Source: a virus
Lineage: Duplodnaviria; Caudoviricetes
Virus record (IMG/VR): IMGVR_UViG_3300033153_003306
Location: 1 to 61,978 of that record
Strand: one strand, 5' to 3'
DNA length: 61,978 bases
Shown: piece by piece, positions 39,219-49,696 of the stretch
Layout of the letters: the number at the start of each line of letters is the position of its first letter
Numbering within the stretch: the first letter of the stretch is position 1
Notes under the pieces: model-generated
The model's input: only the letters and a program-made list of their open reading frames with translations
What the model was told of the DNA's origin: nothing
Databases searched by the model: none
Translations under genes and position numbers: made by a program

Positions 39219-39702
39219 CTACTTTTGTTAATTTAAGTTTCTTTCTCCACTTTTCGTAAAATTTCAAAGCTTCTTTATTAGTTTCAAATTCTTGGTGATT
39301 GTAAAGTTTATTCTCCATATACATTATAACATTTGGTTTTGTTACAGAATATATTACCTTATCGACTATTCTCTGATTAGATAGTTTAAACAAATAAGAT
39401 TTTTTAAACCATTCTACTAGTTGTTCGTCAGTTTCACACTTGAACCATTTATATCTATTACCATAGTGTGTGTATCCTTCTTCATACCAACCCAAAGGTT
39501 TAAGTTCACTACCCCACCATCTTTTTACGACAACTGGTTCATTTACCCATTTGAAATCATTTCTTTCACTAAGTCTTTCTTCTGCCATTGTAATTTTTAT
39601 AACAGCACTTTCTTTAATTGCTACCATGTATGCACTCCTCTTGTTTGTTATTAAAAACTGCTTGTGCTGAAAACACAAACTTATCTTGTACTGAGTAACC
39701 AT
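39208..39702 (-). CDS. Hypothetical protein (start probably near 39627)
   Basis: ORF track; GGAG upstream of MVAIKE. Confidence 0.5.
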   Translation of the reverse strand: MVTQYKISLCFQHKQFLITNKRSAYMVAIKESAVIKITMAEERLSERNDFKWVNEPVVVKRWWGSELKPLGWYEEGYTHYGNRYKWFKCETDEQLVEWFKKSYLFKLSNQRIVDKVIYSVTKPNVIMYMENKLYNHQEFETNKEALKFYEKWRKKLKLTKVDDA

Positions 39703-39988
39703 TCATAGATGGTTCTGTATATGTTACACATACATATCGTGGCTCGTAGTCTTGCGATATAACCATGTATGTGTTACTTGTAATCCCGATAATTATTTGA
39801 TTTGTACTACTGATAAAACTTATAGGTGATTTTAAAACCATTTTTTTAAGTTTTATTAAATCCCCATAGTACCCAATACTCAAACCAAGTCTATCGTATA
39901 TTTTTTCTTTTGAATGGTGTGTAAATACTAAAGAACCGCATATGTTCATCAGTTCTATTTTATTCAATTTATGAAGCTTTTTAAACAT
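39614..39988 (-). CDS. Hypothetical protein
   Basis: GGAGG RBS. Confidence 0.5.
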   Translation of the reverse strand: MFKKLHKLNKIELMNICGSLVFTHHSKEKIYDRLGLSIGYYGDLIKLKKMVLKSPISFISSTNQIIIGITSNTYMVISQDYEPRYVCVTYTEPSMNGYSVQDKFVFSAQAVFNNKQEECIHGSN

Positions 39989-40005
39989 AATTCCTCCTTT
40001 TAAAT

Positions 40006-40188
40006 TTAAGCCTGTTCTTTTAGTTTTTGTTCTATAAGTCTCGCGTGTTCTCTATATATTGCAATTTCACGTATACTCATAGTTTTACCACTTTTAATTG
40101 TTGTTGCAATTTTAGAAATTATTCGTTCTGTAATAGTTCCATTATAAACAAATATATCCCAAGTTTTATTATCTATTCTTTTAAACAT
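40006..40188 (-). CDS. Hypothetical protein
   Basis: ORF track. Confidence 0.45.
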   Translation of the reverse strand: MFKRIDNKTWDIFVYNGTITERIISKIATTIKSGKTMSIREIAIYREHARLIEQKLKEQA

Positions 40189-40634
40189 TAAGCCACCTCC
40201 ACAACTACAGGTTCAGGTGCTTCTATTGGTCCACCATCATCAAAATCTAAAGCAAAATCTTCATCTTGAGCACCATCTAAACTCTTTTTATTTTTTTTGT
40301 CATAGTATGAGTTCTTCATTACAATGTAATACCAAGTAACATAAGATAGTTTAAGTGCCCAATGACTATTAGTTTTTGTATTAGAGTAATCTAATATTAC
40401 ATCTTCTTCTTTTTCTTGGACATCAATCATCTCACCATCTTTTCCAACGGTGTTGTCTGCGAGTTCCCCTCTTTCTTCAAAATATTGACGACATAGATTT
40501 AAAAGTTCATCCCAAAGTTTACGACTTTGGATTATACCTTTTCTTCTCTTTCCTTTATCAAAAATTATTCCATTGTTGCCATACGAAAAGTGTATGTTTA
40601 TATTCTCGGAATTTTGCCACCTATCTATATACAT
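40188..40634 (-). CDS. Hypothetical early protein
   Basis: GGAGG RBS directly after an early promoter. Confidence 0.55.
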   Translation of the reverse strand: MYIDRWQNSENINIHFSYGNNGIIFDKGKRRKGIIQSRKLWDELLNLCRQYFEERGELADNTVGKDGEMIDVQEKEEDVILDYSNTKTNSHWALKLSYVTWYYIVMKNSYYDKKNKKSLDGAQDEDFALDFDDGGPIEAPEPVVVEVA

Positions 40635-40663
40635 TTTAACCTCCTTTTGTTAAACTTATACAC

Positions 40664-40703
40664 AATATAAACAAAAAAAGAGCCAATGTCAAGCTCTTTC
40701 TTT
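40664..40703 (-). promoter_or_regulatory. Early promoter TTGACA-N17-TATATT with the -35 box in the loop of a terminator-like hairpin
   Basis: AAAGAGC-ttgacattg-GCTCTTT + T run. Confidence 0.75.
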
Positions 40704-40720
40704 TTTATGTTTCAATATTT

Positions 40721-40951
40721 TTATTCTTCTAATAGTTTTTTAAGGTCATACAATAGCATATTATATACTGACATTCTCCCTAATTTTATACCTTCGTTTA
40801 GTACATCATCCATATCCTCATAATCTACTTCAAGTATTTTTAAGGAATCCCAACCCTTTTCTTTACAATTGGTATATTTTTCAATTATATTGTTTAGTTT
40901 TTCTTTATCCACACTTAGTCCAACCACAATGTTTACACACTGCACAACCAC
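40721..40951 (-). CDS. Hypothetical protein (start uncertain)
   Basis: ORF track. Confidence 0.4.
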   Translation of the reverse strand: MVVQCVNIVVGLSVDKEKLNNIIEKYTNCKEKGWDSLKILEVDYEDMDDVLNEGIKLGRMSVYNMLLYDLKKLLEE

Positions 40952-43900
40952 CTTCGAATATTAACATCGAATCACAATCATCAGCACCACATTTTTCTCC
41001 TGTAAGTGTGTCGTTAGGTAAATAAGCACCAAGTATTTTCTTTATCTGAAATATAAAAGAATATACAGGTGGTTCAATTTTGTCAATAGTTTTAATTATA
41101 TCAACAATAGGAACTCTGTGTCGTAACAACATTCCCAAAACTCTTGCAATTTTCACAACATTTGTTTGATTGTGTGCGTTATTCATAAGTTTTTCTAAAT
41201 GTCCATTCTTAATATGTTTTTTGGCTAATATTTGTAAATGCCCTAGTACGTCTTCTGTTAAAATGTTTGTTTCTGTACTATTCGTAGTTACTAATAAACC
41301 ATTAGGAAGATTTGTTTCCACATCAATAGGTATTGTAACGAGCCATTTTCTACCTTCACTTTTAATTATTTTAAGTTTTGCATCACTTTCTGTTGGAAAT
41401 TTATAGTTTTCGAGTATTTGCCATTTCTTCTTATCTTTTTCACTTGCATTTAAAACACCTTCTCTGCAACCATCTCTATATATAGTAACGCCTTTTAGTT
41501 TAAAATGATGCGCATACTTATATATTTCACTTATTGTTTCCATACTTGTTTCTTTCGGTAAGTTGATAGTAGAACTAATAGATGCTGAGATGTGCATTTG
41601 TATAATTGATTGTAGATGTATTCTATCTTTCCAATCAACCTCAGCAGAAGTTATAAAGTTTTCATTCTTTAAGTGTGCATCTTCGCCATAAATATTATTA
41701 TATTCTTCTACAAGTGGATGATAAACAGTATATGTTTCTTTCTTTCCATCTTTACCCGCTTGATGAACTGTTCTATCATAACCCATCATAAAAATAGGTT
41801 CAATTCCAGAACTCGTTCTTGCTATAATAGAAATAGAACCTGATGGGGCACATGTCGTAAACCCAATATTTCGTGTACCATACTTTTCTAAATCAGGTGA
41901 TAAATTAGGGAAATCTTTTTTAAATAAATTAAAATACTTATGATTTAACCAATTATCCCAATAATTAGAAACTGTATCTTCATCATCTTTAGGCATATAC
42001 TTTTGAAGAATACCACAAGCTCCTCGTTCTTTAGCCAATTCAATAGATTCAAAGATTGTGTTCGTATATAAACAATATCCAATCTTTGATAATTGTTCTA
42101 ATGATTTATGACTACCATACTTCATATTCATTCTGATAAACATATCAGCAAGTCCTGTAAACCCTAAACCAATTTTATTACTTAGTTCTGTGGCTTTACG
42201 ATTTATTTCTAATGGTTCTCTATCGGTATTTAATATATTGATATTGTCTAAAAATCTTGATGCAACTCTAACAGTACTATTAAATTTTTCATAATCAAAT
42301 TCTGCTTTATCTGTAAATGAGTTCTTAACAAATTTATTAAGGTCTAAACTACCAAGACAACAACTCGCACCATTTTCTAATGGTAACTCACCACAATTAT
42401 GAACCAATACACCTGATGAATTTAAATATTTATCATCATCCCATTTGGTAAGTATATAAAAATTATGATTATCCTCAACAGTTAAATCATATACATCTAC
42501 ACATTCAGAGTCAAAAGAATCAGTTATACTTTCAACATATACGGAATCATCTAAATACACATTGTTAGAATTTTTTTCTTTGTATAATTCTAAAAGTCTA
42601 TCCCCATTTTCATCATCCCATTCTTCTAATTTTTTATTTATTTTTTCTTCTGACCAATTATATCTCGCACCATTACCTAATATATTTGACCTTGAAGAAT
42701 ATAATGATAAATATTCTGTTCCTTTTAATTTTTGTATAGGATTATTTATACCACATCTTTTTGTTTTACTTTTATGTTCTTCTACAGTAATCAATTCTAA
42801 ATTATCGATATAATCAGTTGTAGAATTTCCATCTATGTGGTCGATGTTATGTGTAGTTCCATCATACTTAGAATTATAATGTTCATACATCATTCTATAT
42901 TGTTTATTATATCCACATGTTTTACTGTTAATAGTTCTGTAAGACTTTTCTGTATTTTTATCCGAGAAACTATAAAACTTTGATATTTCTTGGTTATATG
43001 ACTTTCCAGCTTCTATGTATGTTTTTCCATCTGGTAGTGCTAATAAATGGTCTGGTGTGCATTTAAAACTACTTCCGTCACTTAAATTTACCATTATTAT
43101 TTTTTTCTTTCCCGATTTAAAAGCTTTTGCTTTTTTTATTTCGACTTTCCATTGATTACGAGAACCATTTTTACGAGCAGAATACACAGGAAATTCTTCG
43201 TTTTTTTCTGTTAATTCTTTAATTGTTACACCATTTCTACCATCAGCAACAGCAACAATAGTATCACCGACAAAACAAGGATTTGTGCTAATAGCTCTTG
43301 TTTCTGGGAATACCCCAGCAGGTTCATCATTCACAATATTATCCCAAAACATAATTCCTGGTTCAGCACCACGCCAATTGGATTCAACAAATAAATCCCA
43401 AATTATTGTTGCTTTTTCAGTTCTTTTGAATTCTGTACCATCTTTTAATGTATACGACATTTCCCAATCAGCATCTTCGTTAACAGCTTTCATAAATTCA
43501 TCTGAAATTCTTATTGAAATATTTGCAAATTGTACTTTACTTTTGTCTGAACCACCTTTAACCCTTATAAATTCTATAACATCAGGGTGTGATATGTCCA
43601 TAGTAAGCATTAAAGCCCCTCTCCTGCCATATTGACCAATAATACCCGTTACCATAGAATATAAATCCATGAAGGATACAGCACCGCTTGTGGTCTTCGC
43701 AGAGTTGTTTACGGGTGCACCCGCAGGTCTTAGAGTAGATAAGTCAAATCCTACACCACCACCTTTACTAAATAATATTGCTTGTCTTTTGGCAGTTTCA
43801 AATATACTACCTATATCATCATTATCAATTTGAACAACATAACAATTTTTTAATGTTGCCGTTACATCGTTAGGGTTTCCGAGAGCATAAAGTATTCTAC

Positions 43901-44132
43901 CCGCAGGTATAAAATAGTTTAAACATTCCCTAAATTCTCCTTCCCAATATTCTCGTTTATCAGGTTCTTCCACTTCTACTATCGCTTTCGCTAATCTATC
44001 ACGCATGTCGTCTAAGGATGTTTCAAGTATTTCACCACTTTCAGCATCTATGATTGCATATTTCTTCATAAATACATCAGCAGCCAAACTATCACCGCCA
44101 AAATTCCTTAGAATCCTTGTAGTAGTATTCAT
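40905..44132 (-). CDS. nrdJ: Class II (B12-dependent) ribonucleotide reductase containing an intein
   Basis: PAGRIL, NCYV, GGGVG, RRGA, TNP|C...HN|CGE, APSGSIS, C-terminal Zn ribbon. Confidence 0.92.
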   Translation of the reverse strand: MNTTTRILRNFGGDSLAADVFMKKYAIIDAESGEILETSLDDMRDRLAKAIVEVEEPDKREYWEGEFRECLNYFIPAGRILYALGNPNDVTATLKNCYVVQIDNDDIGSIFETAKRQAILFSKGGGVGFDLSTLRPAGAPVNNSAKTTSGAVSFMDLYSMVTGIIGQYGRRGALMLTMDISHPDVIEFIRVKGGSDKSKVQFANISIRISDEFMKAVNEDADWEMSYTLKDGTEFKRTEKATIIWDLFVESNWRGAEPGIMFWDNIVNDEPAGVFPETRAISTNPCFVGDTIVAVADGRNGVTIKELTEKNEEFPVYSARKNGSRNQWKVEIKKAKAFKSGKKKIIMVNLSDGSSFKCTPDHLLALPDGKTYIEAGKSYNQEISKFYSFSDKNTEKSYRTINSKTCGYNKQYRMMYEHYNSKYDGTTHNIDHIDGNSTTDYIDNLELITVEEHKSKTKRCGINNPIQKLKGTEYLSLYSSRSNILGNGARYNWSEEKINKKLEEWDDENGDRLLELYKEKNSNNVYLDDSVYVESITDSFDSECVDVYDLTVEDNHNFYILTKWDDDKYLNSSGVLVHNCGELPLENGASCCLGSLDLNKFVKNSFTDKAEFDYEKFNSTVRVASRFLDNINILNTDREPLEINRKATELSNKIGLGFTGLADMFIRMNMKYGSHKSLEQLSKIGYCLYTNTIFESIELAKERGACGILQKYMPKDDEDTVSNYWDNWLNHKYFNLFKKDFPNLSPDLEKYGTRNIGFTTCAPSGSISIIARTSSGIEPIFMMGYDRTVHQAGKDGKKETYTVYHPLVEEYNNIYGEDAHLKNENFITSAEVDWKDRIHLQSIIQMHISASISSTINLPKETSMETISEIYKYAHHFKLKGVTIYRDGCREGVLNASEKDKKKWQILENYKFPTESDAKLKIIKSEGRKWLVTIPIDVETNLPNGLLVTTNSTETNILTEDVLGHLQILAKKHIKNGHLEKLMNNAHNQTNVVKIARVLGMLLRHRVPIVDIIKTIDKIEPPVYSFIFQIKKILGAYLPNDTLTGEKCGADDCDSMLIFEGGCAVCKHCGWTKCG
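42396..43277 (-). mobile_element. 294-aa intein with HNH endonuclease, inserted at the active-site NPC/GE cysteine
   Basis: Starts CFVGDT; block B CTPDH; DHIDGN....N HNH; ends VYDLTVEDNHNF...VLVHN followed by Cys. Confidence 0.92.
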
Positions 44133-44171
44133 TAATTCTCCATATTTTTATTTAATTATTAGTAAATGAAC

Positions 44172-45185
44172 TTATTTTTTAGGTACTAATTCACCACTTT
44201 TTATTCGTGGGTCATCTTTTAAAACATATAATCGTTTGCCTGTGACTATATCTATCATCCTCTTCTTTCCTTTAGTTGTTCCTACCAATTCACCACTTTT
44301 TATTCGTGGGTCATCTTTTAAAACACACTCGTATTTATTAGTATATATGTTTCTCATCGTAGATTTTCCTTTAGTCGTTCCTACCAATTCACCGCTTAAA
44401 TATCTTGGGTCATCTTTTAAAACTCTTAAATTATTTCCATCTTTATCTTTAACAGATATTAAACCAGTAGCAACACCGACCAATTCACCGCTTAAATATC
44501 TTGGGTCATCTACCGAAATGCTTAATATAGTTCCTTCTTTATCTTTTACAACAACAACACCACAATTTAAATGAACTAATTCACCGCTTAAATATCTTGG
44601 GTCATCTACCGAAATGCTTAATATAGTTCCTTCTTTATCTTTTACAACTGCCATTCCTTTTGTTACAGGTACCAATTCACCGCTTAAATATCTTGGGTCA
44701 TCTACCGAGACCCTCAAATTATTCCCTTCTTTATCTTTTACAGGTACTGTTCCTTTAGTAACCCCAACTAATTCACCGCTTAAATATCTTGGGTCTGACA
44801 CATTCACTAAAAAATTATTCCCTTCTTTATCTTTTACACATACATTTCTATAAGTGTTAAAACCGCCACCGAGTATTAGGTTATAATTATCTTTTCTTTT
44901 AATAAACTTTTCGTTTACTAATTCTGCTTCTTTAGATATCATATCTTCTTTATTATCAAAATTAAAAAGAATTTCTTTTTTAAAATTTTCAATACCGTGC
45001 TTTTTCTGTGCTCGTTTTAAATATCTCCCACTACCCATATAACCATCTATTAGATTATTGGTAGAATGAATGCCTATATATATTTTATTATTTTTGGTGT
45101 TTGTTATTTTATAAACTATAAAATTTAAATTTTCATTTTTAATATATAAATTCCTCAAACTTTTTATAAGATAGTCCCATAGCAT
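44172..45185 (-). mobile_element. GIY-YIG homing endonuclease with ~7 tandem [11 protein letters not shown] repeats
   Basis: IVYKITN..N.KIYIG.H.T...YMGSG; ~90-bp tandem repeats; start uncertain. Confidence 0.85.
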
Positions 45186-45837
45186 CCATTAATATAATAA
45201 TTTCAAGAAGACATTGATTCTCACCACCCCCGACAATAGTAGCCCCATTATATTTCTTTAATATTTCAAAATCAAAATTCGGAACAGATATTACATGTTT
45301 TTCATTTTTTAGTAATTCCTTTAATTTACCAGTTATTTCTAATTTATCTATTTCTTCGTCTGATGCTTCGTCTGATGCCCAATATTGATTTTTTGTTAAA
45401 AAGTTAAAAACTGTTTTAACTTCTTCATGTGAAAATCCATCATCTATAGAATCTCTAAAAAAGCCATAGCCTTTTTCAATCCAAGTTACATCTCTTAACC
45501 TATTTCTAAGTTTATCTGAATAATCATTTAATGATGCCATATACCAATAAACAATATCCAAACCTTTATCTAACCCCATACCAACACCGTTATAAAAATA
45601 TAGAACTTCACCTTTAAAATTCTTTAAACTTTTGGCGAACTGTTCTATGGTAAATGGCATACCTTTGTTGTATATAGGTTGTATATCCACAATTATAAGT
45701 TTATCACCAGGAATTTTAATAGATTCGTGGTTATGTAAGGTTTCCCTATCTTTACTAAATCTTATTATATCTAAATATTTTTCACCGTTATCACTCATCG
45801 TACCCTCTTGGTCTTGTAATTTGACCACCGAAACCAT
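45139..45837 (-). CDS. Cysteine-hydrolase (isochorismatase/nicotinamidase)-like protein
   Basis: [16 protein letters not shown]...QCL match the Asp/Lys/Cys catalytic layout; start probably MSDNG. Confidence 0.45.
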   Translation of the reverse strand: MVSVVKLQDQEGTMSDNGEKYLDIIRFSKDRETLHNHESIKIPGDKLIIVDIQPIYNKGMPFTIEQFAKSLKNFKGEVLYFYNGVGMGLDKGLDIVYWYMASLNDYSDKLRNRLRDVTWIEKGYGFFRDSIDDGFSHEEVKTVFNFLTKNQYWASDEASDEEIDKLEITGKLKELLKNEKHVISVPNFDFEILKKYNGATIVGGGENQCLLEIIILMDAMGLSYKKFEEFIY

Positions 45838-46147
45838 CTACGGATTTCTGCCCCCCTTTAGGTATTATACTATATCCATCCCAATCAAAATCTTTTTCTA
45901 TAATTTCAGGTAAATATCCAAAATTTTTCTGATAATTAGGAATACCGTAACCAGTAACATAAAATAAATTACCAGTTTTTACATTAAGCATAAACTTACC
46001 AGAATAATCAACCATAACTTTATAGTATTTTTTACCAGGTAATACCGCTACTTTTGTTTCGGTACCACCTGATATGTCTGAATTGTGCGAATTTATTTTA
46101 GTTTGTAACATTAATGAAAATTCGTTTATATCTTTTTCGTAAATCAT
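45791..46147 (-). CDS. Hypothetical protein
   Basis: ORF track. Confidence 0.5.
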   Translation of the reverse strand: MIYEKDINEFSLMLQTKINSHNSDISGGTETKVAVLPGKKYYKVMVDYSGKFMLNVKTGNLFYVTGYGIPNYQKNFGYLPEIIEKDFDWDGYSIIPKGGQKSVDGFGGQITRPRGYDE

Positions 46148-46356
46148 TTCTCTGTTCCATTAACTATATAGTCTAAATTTTCTTCCAAATATTTAACATA
46201 TTCATCAGAAATTGCATCAACATGTTCAGGTAAATACCATAAAAGATAATAAGGAATTGCAATTACATCAAAATTTGCACATGCACTTGAATTTTTAATC
46301 TTAATGGTTTTAGATTTTTTGGCTTTTACTTTTTGTGGTTTAATAGTCTTCATCAC
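46144..46356 (-). CDS. Hypothetical protein
   Basis: ORF track. Confidence 0.4.
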   Translation of the reverse strand: MMKTIKPQKVKAKKSKTIKIKNSSACANFDVIAIPYYLLWYLPEHVDAISDEYVKYLEENLDYIVNGTEK

Positions 46357-46362
46357 TATTAT

Positions 46363-47337
46363 TTATATATTCTCTTTAAATTTTATCTGTTGTATTAGCG
46401 CCGCAAGACAACTTTTTAAATTTATTAATTTATCCGTGGTGTAACCATTTTTAAAAGAATAATCTCCTAGTATCAATGTAGCCCTAATAATATTATCATA
46501 ATCGTTTTCGATTATATTGTACATGTTCATATCAAATTCCCTAAAAAAACTTGAAGAGTCTATATCTATTGCTAACACTCTTAAAGCCTTTACATCTTTG
46601 TTTATAAGGGCTTTTAGTAGTTCATCTGATAAACCTTTACCAATTTCTAATATTGAGTCATCTATTACACCTTCACCATTTAAAATTTTGTATTGTTGTA
46701 AAATACCAACAATTTTTCTAAAATCTGGAAAATGTCTTATAACAAGTTCTGCTAATAGCTGACCATCAGCTTCCATATTTTCATTTTTAAGTATAGCTTT
46801 AATTCTTTTTATAAAATTGATAGTTAATGATTGTCTGTCTTCTCTTTTTGAAGGAATTAGGTTAAATGTTCCTTGTGAAAATCTTCCTTGTAGCGGTTCT
46901 ATTATCTTAGAAAGGTTGTTTGTGTTGAAAATAAACCTTGCATTACTTTCCATTTCTTCAATATAAACTTTTAAAGCTTCTTGAAAGGCTGGGGATATTT
47001 TCTCACATTCATCGATAAATACGATTTTATATGGTAGTTCACTATCATCCATACCATATGTTGTTATAAAACTTGTAATATCGTTTCTAAGTATTTCAAT
47101 ACTATTATATAAAGAACCATTAATCTCTAAATAATCTGCTTTTAATTCATTTGTAAGTACGTTAACAAATGACGTTTTTCCTGTTCCTGTATTACCATGA
47201 AGTAATATGTTAGGAATATCCTTTTCTCTGATACAATATTCTAAAAACTTTCTTAGTCTATCAGTAAGAACAATTTCATTCATTTGAGTCGGTCTGTAAC
47301 GTTCCCACCAAAGCGAACTTTGTTTATTATTTTTCAT
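46363..47337 (-). CDS. Sliding-clamp loader ATPase subunit, T4 gp44/RFC-like
   Basis: LWWERYRP, GNTGTGKT, FIDECE, FPDFR. Confidence 0.92.
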   Translation of the reverse strand: MKNNKQSSLWWERYRPTQMNEIVLTDRLRKFLEYCIREKDIPNILLHGNTGTGKTSFVNVLTNELKADYLEINGSLYNSIEILRNDITSFITTYGMDDSELPYKIVFIDECEKISPAFQEALKVYIEEMESNARFIFNTNNLSKIIEPLQGRFSQGTFNLIPSKREDRQSLTINFIKRIKAILKNENMEADGQLLAELVIRHFPDFRKIVGILQQYKILNGEGVIDDSILEIGKGLSDELLKALINKDVKALRVLAIDIDSSSFFREFDMNMYNIIENDYDNIIRATLILGDYSFKNGYTTDKLINLKSCLAALIQQIKFKENI

Positions 47338-48348
47338 TTTCTTTATCCTTTTTTATTTTTAATTTTTCTCTCATTTTCTTTTTGGTTTTTTCTGTATGCT
47401 TTATACCTTTTCTAATACCAACTAATTCACCGCTTAGATATCTTGGGTCATCTTTAGATACTCTAAATCTTTTACCATCTTTATTCCTGTTTGTAAATGA
47501 ACTAATTCACCGCTTAGATATCTTGGGTCATCTTTAGATACTCTAAATCTTTTACCATCTTTATCTTTGACATTTACGTTTCCTGTTTGTAAATGAACTA
47601 ATTCACCGCTTAGATATCTTGGGTCATCTATTAAGACTTGTGATATGTTTCCTTCTTTATCTTTAACGGTTATAGTTCCTGTTAAATGATGCACCAATTC
47701 ACCGCTTAGATATCTTGGGTCATCTATTAAGACTTGTGATATGTTTCCTTCTTTATCTTTAACGTGCACAACACCATCTAAATTAGTTTTATAATCACCA
47801 CTTAAATATCTCGGGTCATCTTTTGTAACTTGGTGCGTCTTTCCTTCTTTATCTTTAATATAAAACATATCAGTATTAACATGAACTAATTCACCGCTTA
47901 AATATCTCGGGTCATCTTTTGTAACTTGGTATGTCTTTCCTTCTTTATCTTTTACTGTTACAACACCGTGCAAATTATGAACTAGGTCACCACTTAAATA
48001 TCTTTTATCGGTTTTATTAACTTTTAAATACTTTCCTTCTTTATCTTTAACAGTTACAGTCCCCGCACTATTAAAACCACCCCCGAGAATTATATTATAA
48101 GTATCATTTCTTTGTATAAATTCTTCATTAACTAACAGAGCTTCCATTTCTAACATCTCATCCTTGGATTCAAAATCAAATAAAATTTCTTTTGTAAAAT
48201 TTTTAATTCCATGTTTTTTCTGCGAGTTGATAAGATAAGTGCCTGACCCCATGTAGCAATCACACAAATTATCGGTTGAATGAACACCTATATATATTTT
48301 ATTGTTGATTTTGTTGGTTAATTTATAAACCAAATAATGTTTTTTCAT
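47326..48348 (-). mobile_element. GIY-YIG homing endonuclease with [11 protein letters not shown] repeats, frameshifted in its last repeat
   Basis: ORF 47434..48348; 16-bp deletion near 47484; the shifted frame continues [31 protein letters not shown]. Confidence 0.8.
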
Positions 48349-48381
48349 TTGAACTCCTATAATTAAGTCTTATGTACTTAT

Positions 48382-48441
48382 TTATAAAAGTTGTTTTTCC
48401 CACCAAAAACTTAACGAATTATCCCAATTACTGCGTTTCAT
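48382..48441 (-). pseudogene. 19-aa mini-ORF MKRSNWDNSLSFWWEKQLL; probable orphaned original 5' end of the clamp-loader gene
   Basis: AAGGAG RBS; FWWEK matches LWWER of gp44 on the far side of the endonuclease. Confidence 0.55.
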
Positions 48442-48456
48442 ATAAACTCCTTTAAT

Positions 48457-48486
48457 AAAACCAGTAGCGGTTTTACCCACTACTGG
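48457..48486 (-). terminator. Hairpin CCAGTAG...CTACTGG + T tract
   Basis: Inverted repeat in an intergenic region. Confidence 0.55.
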
Positions 48487-48496
48487 AAATAAAATT

Positions 48497-48829
48497 TTAT
48501 CGGATTAAACCCATTTCTTTAAAAAGATTTTCAATTATTTTTATTTCTTTTGAAAGTCCTTTAATCATATCACGTGACTCCAGTTTACGCACATGCTTAT
48601 GTTTGCATTTTTTAGGTTTAACAATCTTTTTTTGCTTTGGTACATCCCTTAAATCAAGTTGTATTTTTCTAGTACTACCATCAATAAAGGTTACATTAAC
48701 AAAATACTTAATGTATTTGTTAACGATGATTTCATCTTTTTCTACTTTTACAACATAATCAAGCTGTTCAATTTCGCTGATTCTTTTAGTTGCTAGTAGT
48801 AGTTTGCTTCTCAGTCTTTTGACTTTCAT
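48497..48829 (-). CDS. Basic hypothetical protein
   Basis: AAGGAG RBS. Confidence 0.5.
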   Translation of the reverse strand: MKVKRLRSKLLLATKRISEIEQLDYVVKVEKDEIIVNKYIKYFVNVTFIDGSTRKIQLDLRDVPKQKKIVKPKKCKHKHVRKLESRDMIKGLSKEIKIIENLFKEMGLIR

Positions 48830-48854
48830 TTTTACTCCTTTGGTTGTTTATAAA

Positions 48855-49484
48855 TTATGAGTTATCCTCATTGTTTAATATTATATCAATAGATAACCTT
48901 ATACCTGCACACAGCACTTTAAATGCTGTCGCAAATTTGTAATATACATTTGCTATTTTTTCTTTACAATTACAACCTGTATCTTCATCAGTACAAAGTT
49001 GACCTTCTTCAATTAAACACGCATATGTATCAACTGTTGGTATATTAGGATTTTTTATATTATCATTGTTCTCTTTCCACATATCAACAAAACTATTTTT
49101 CTTAAAGTTTAAATCTCGCATAATACTTCTGTGTTCAGGTACGTGTCTTTCTCTTTCAATTAATTTTTTGTATTTCTTTCTAAAATCATTACCAGCTTTT
49201 ACAATTTCAAGTTCATATTTATCCATTATAACGTTGTAATTTTTTAGAGTTTTATGTAACCAAAATTCACAAGTTTTACTTTTATATAATTGGTCTGTTA
49301 TTGGGTCCATTCTATCGATTTTTGTATTGTCTGTATTTAAACATTTACTCATTTTACCATAATACATACAAGAATAACAATTTTTTAATTCGGGTCTATT
49401 AACACATCTTTTTTCATGTTTAAACATCTCTATTGGGTTTACTCTTGTAATACCACACCATTTACAAACATATTTTAAATTCAT
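48855..49484 (-). CDS. Cys-rich hypothetical protein
   Basis: ORF track. Confidence 0.5.
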   Translation of the reverse strand: MNLKYVCKWCGITRVNPIEMFKHEKRCVNRPELKNCYSCMYYGKMSKCLNTDNTKIDRMDPITDQLYKSKTCEFWLHKTLKNYNVIMDKYELEIVKAGNDFRKKYKKLIERERHVPEHRSIMRDLNFKKNSFVDMWKENNDNIKNPNIPTVDTYACLIEEGQLCTDEDTGCNCKEKIANVYYKFATAFKVLCAGIRLSIDIILNNEDNS

Positions 49485-49696
49485 TTTTTATCCTTTAGTT
49501 TTTTTAAATCTCTGCGAATTTCCATATATACTTCTCTTTTACCCACCCAAAATTCATAAATTTCTAAGTCTCCAAGGTCGTGAAAATGTTTACAATTTTT
49601 ATCAGCTTCTAACAAATTACGCCTATTAACAGCTATTAAATTATTCACATTGGTAATTAATATATCATTCATTAAAAGTCCTCCCCATTTACCCAT
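49481..49696 (-). CDS. Hypothetical protein
   Basis: ORF track. Confidence 0.45.
   Translation of the reverse strand: MGKWGGLLMNDILITNVNNLIAVNRRNLLEADKNCKHFHDLGDLEIYEFWVGKREVYMEIRRDLKKLKDKK

Noticed and set aside
46144-46356. gp62 clamp-loader small subunit, suggested by position after gp44
   Set aside because: Too short and no recognisable similarity; left as hypothetical
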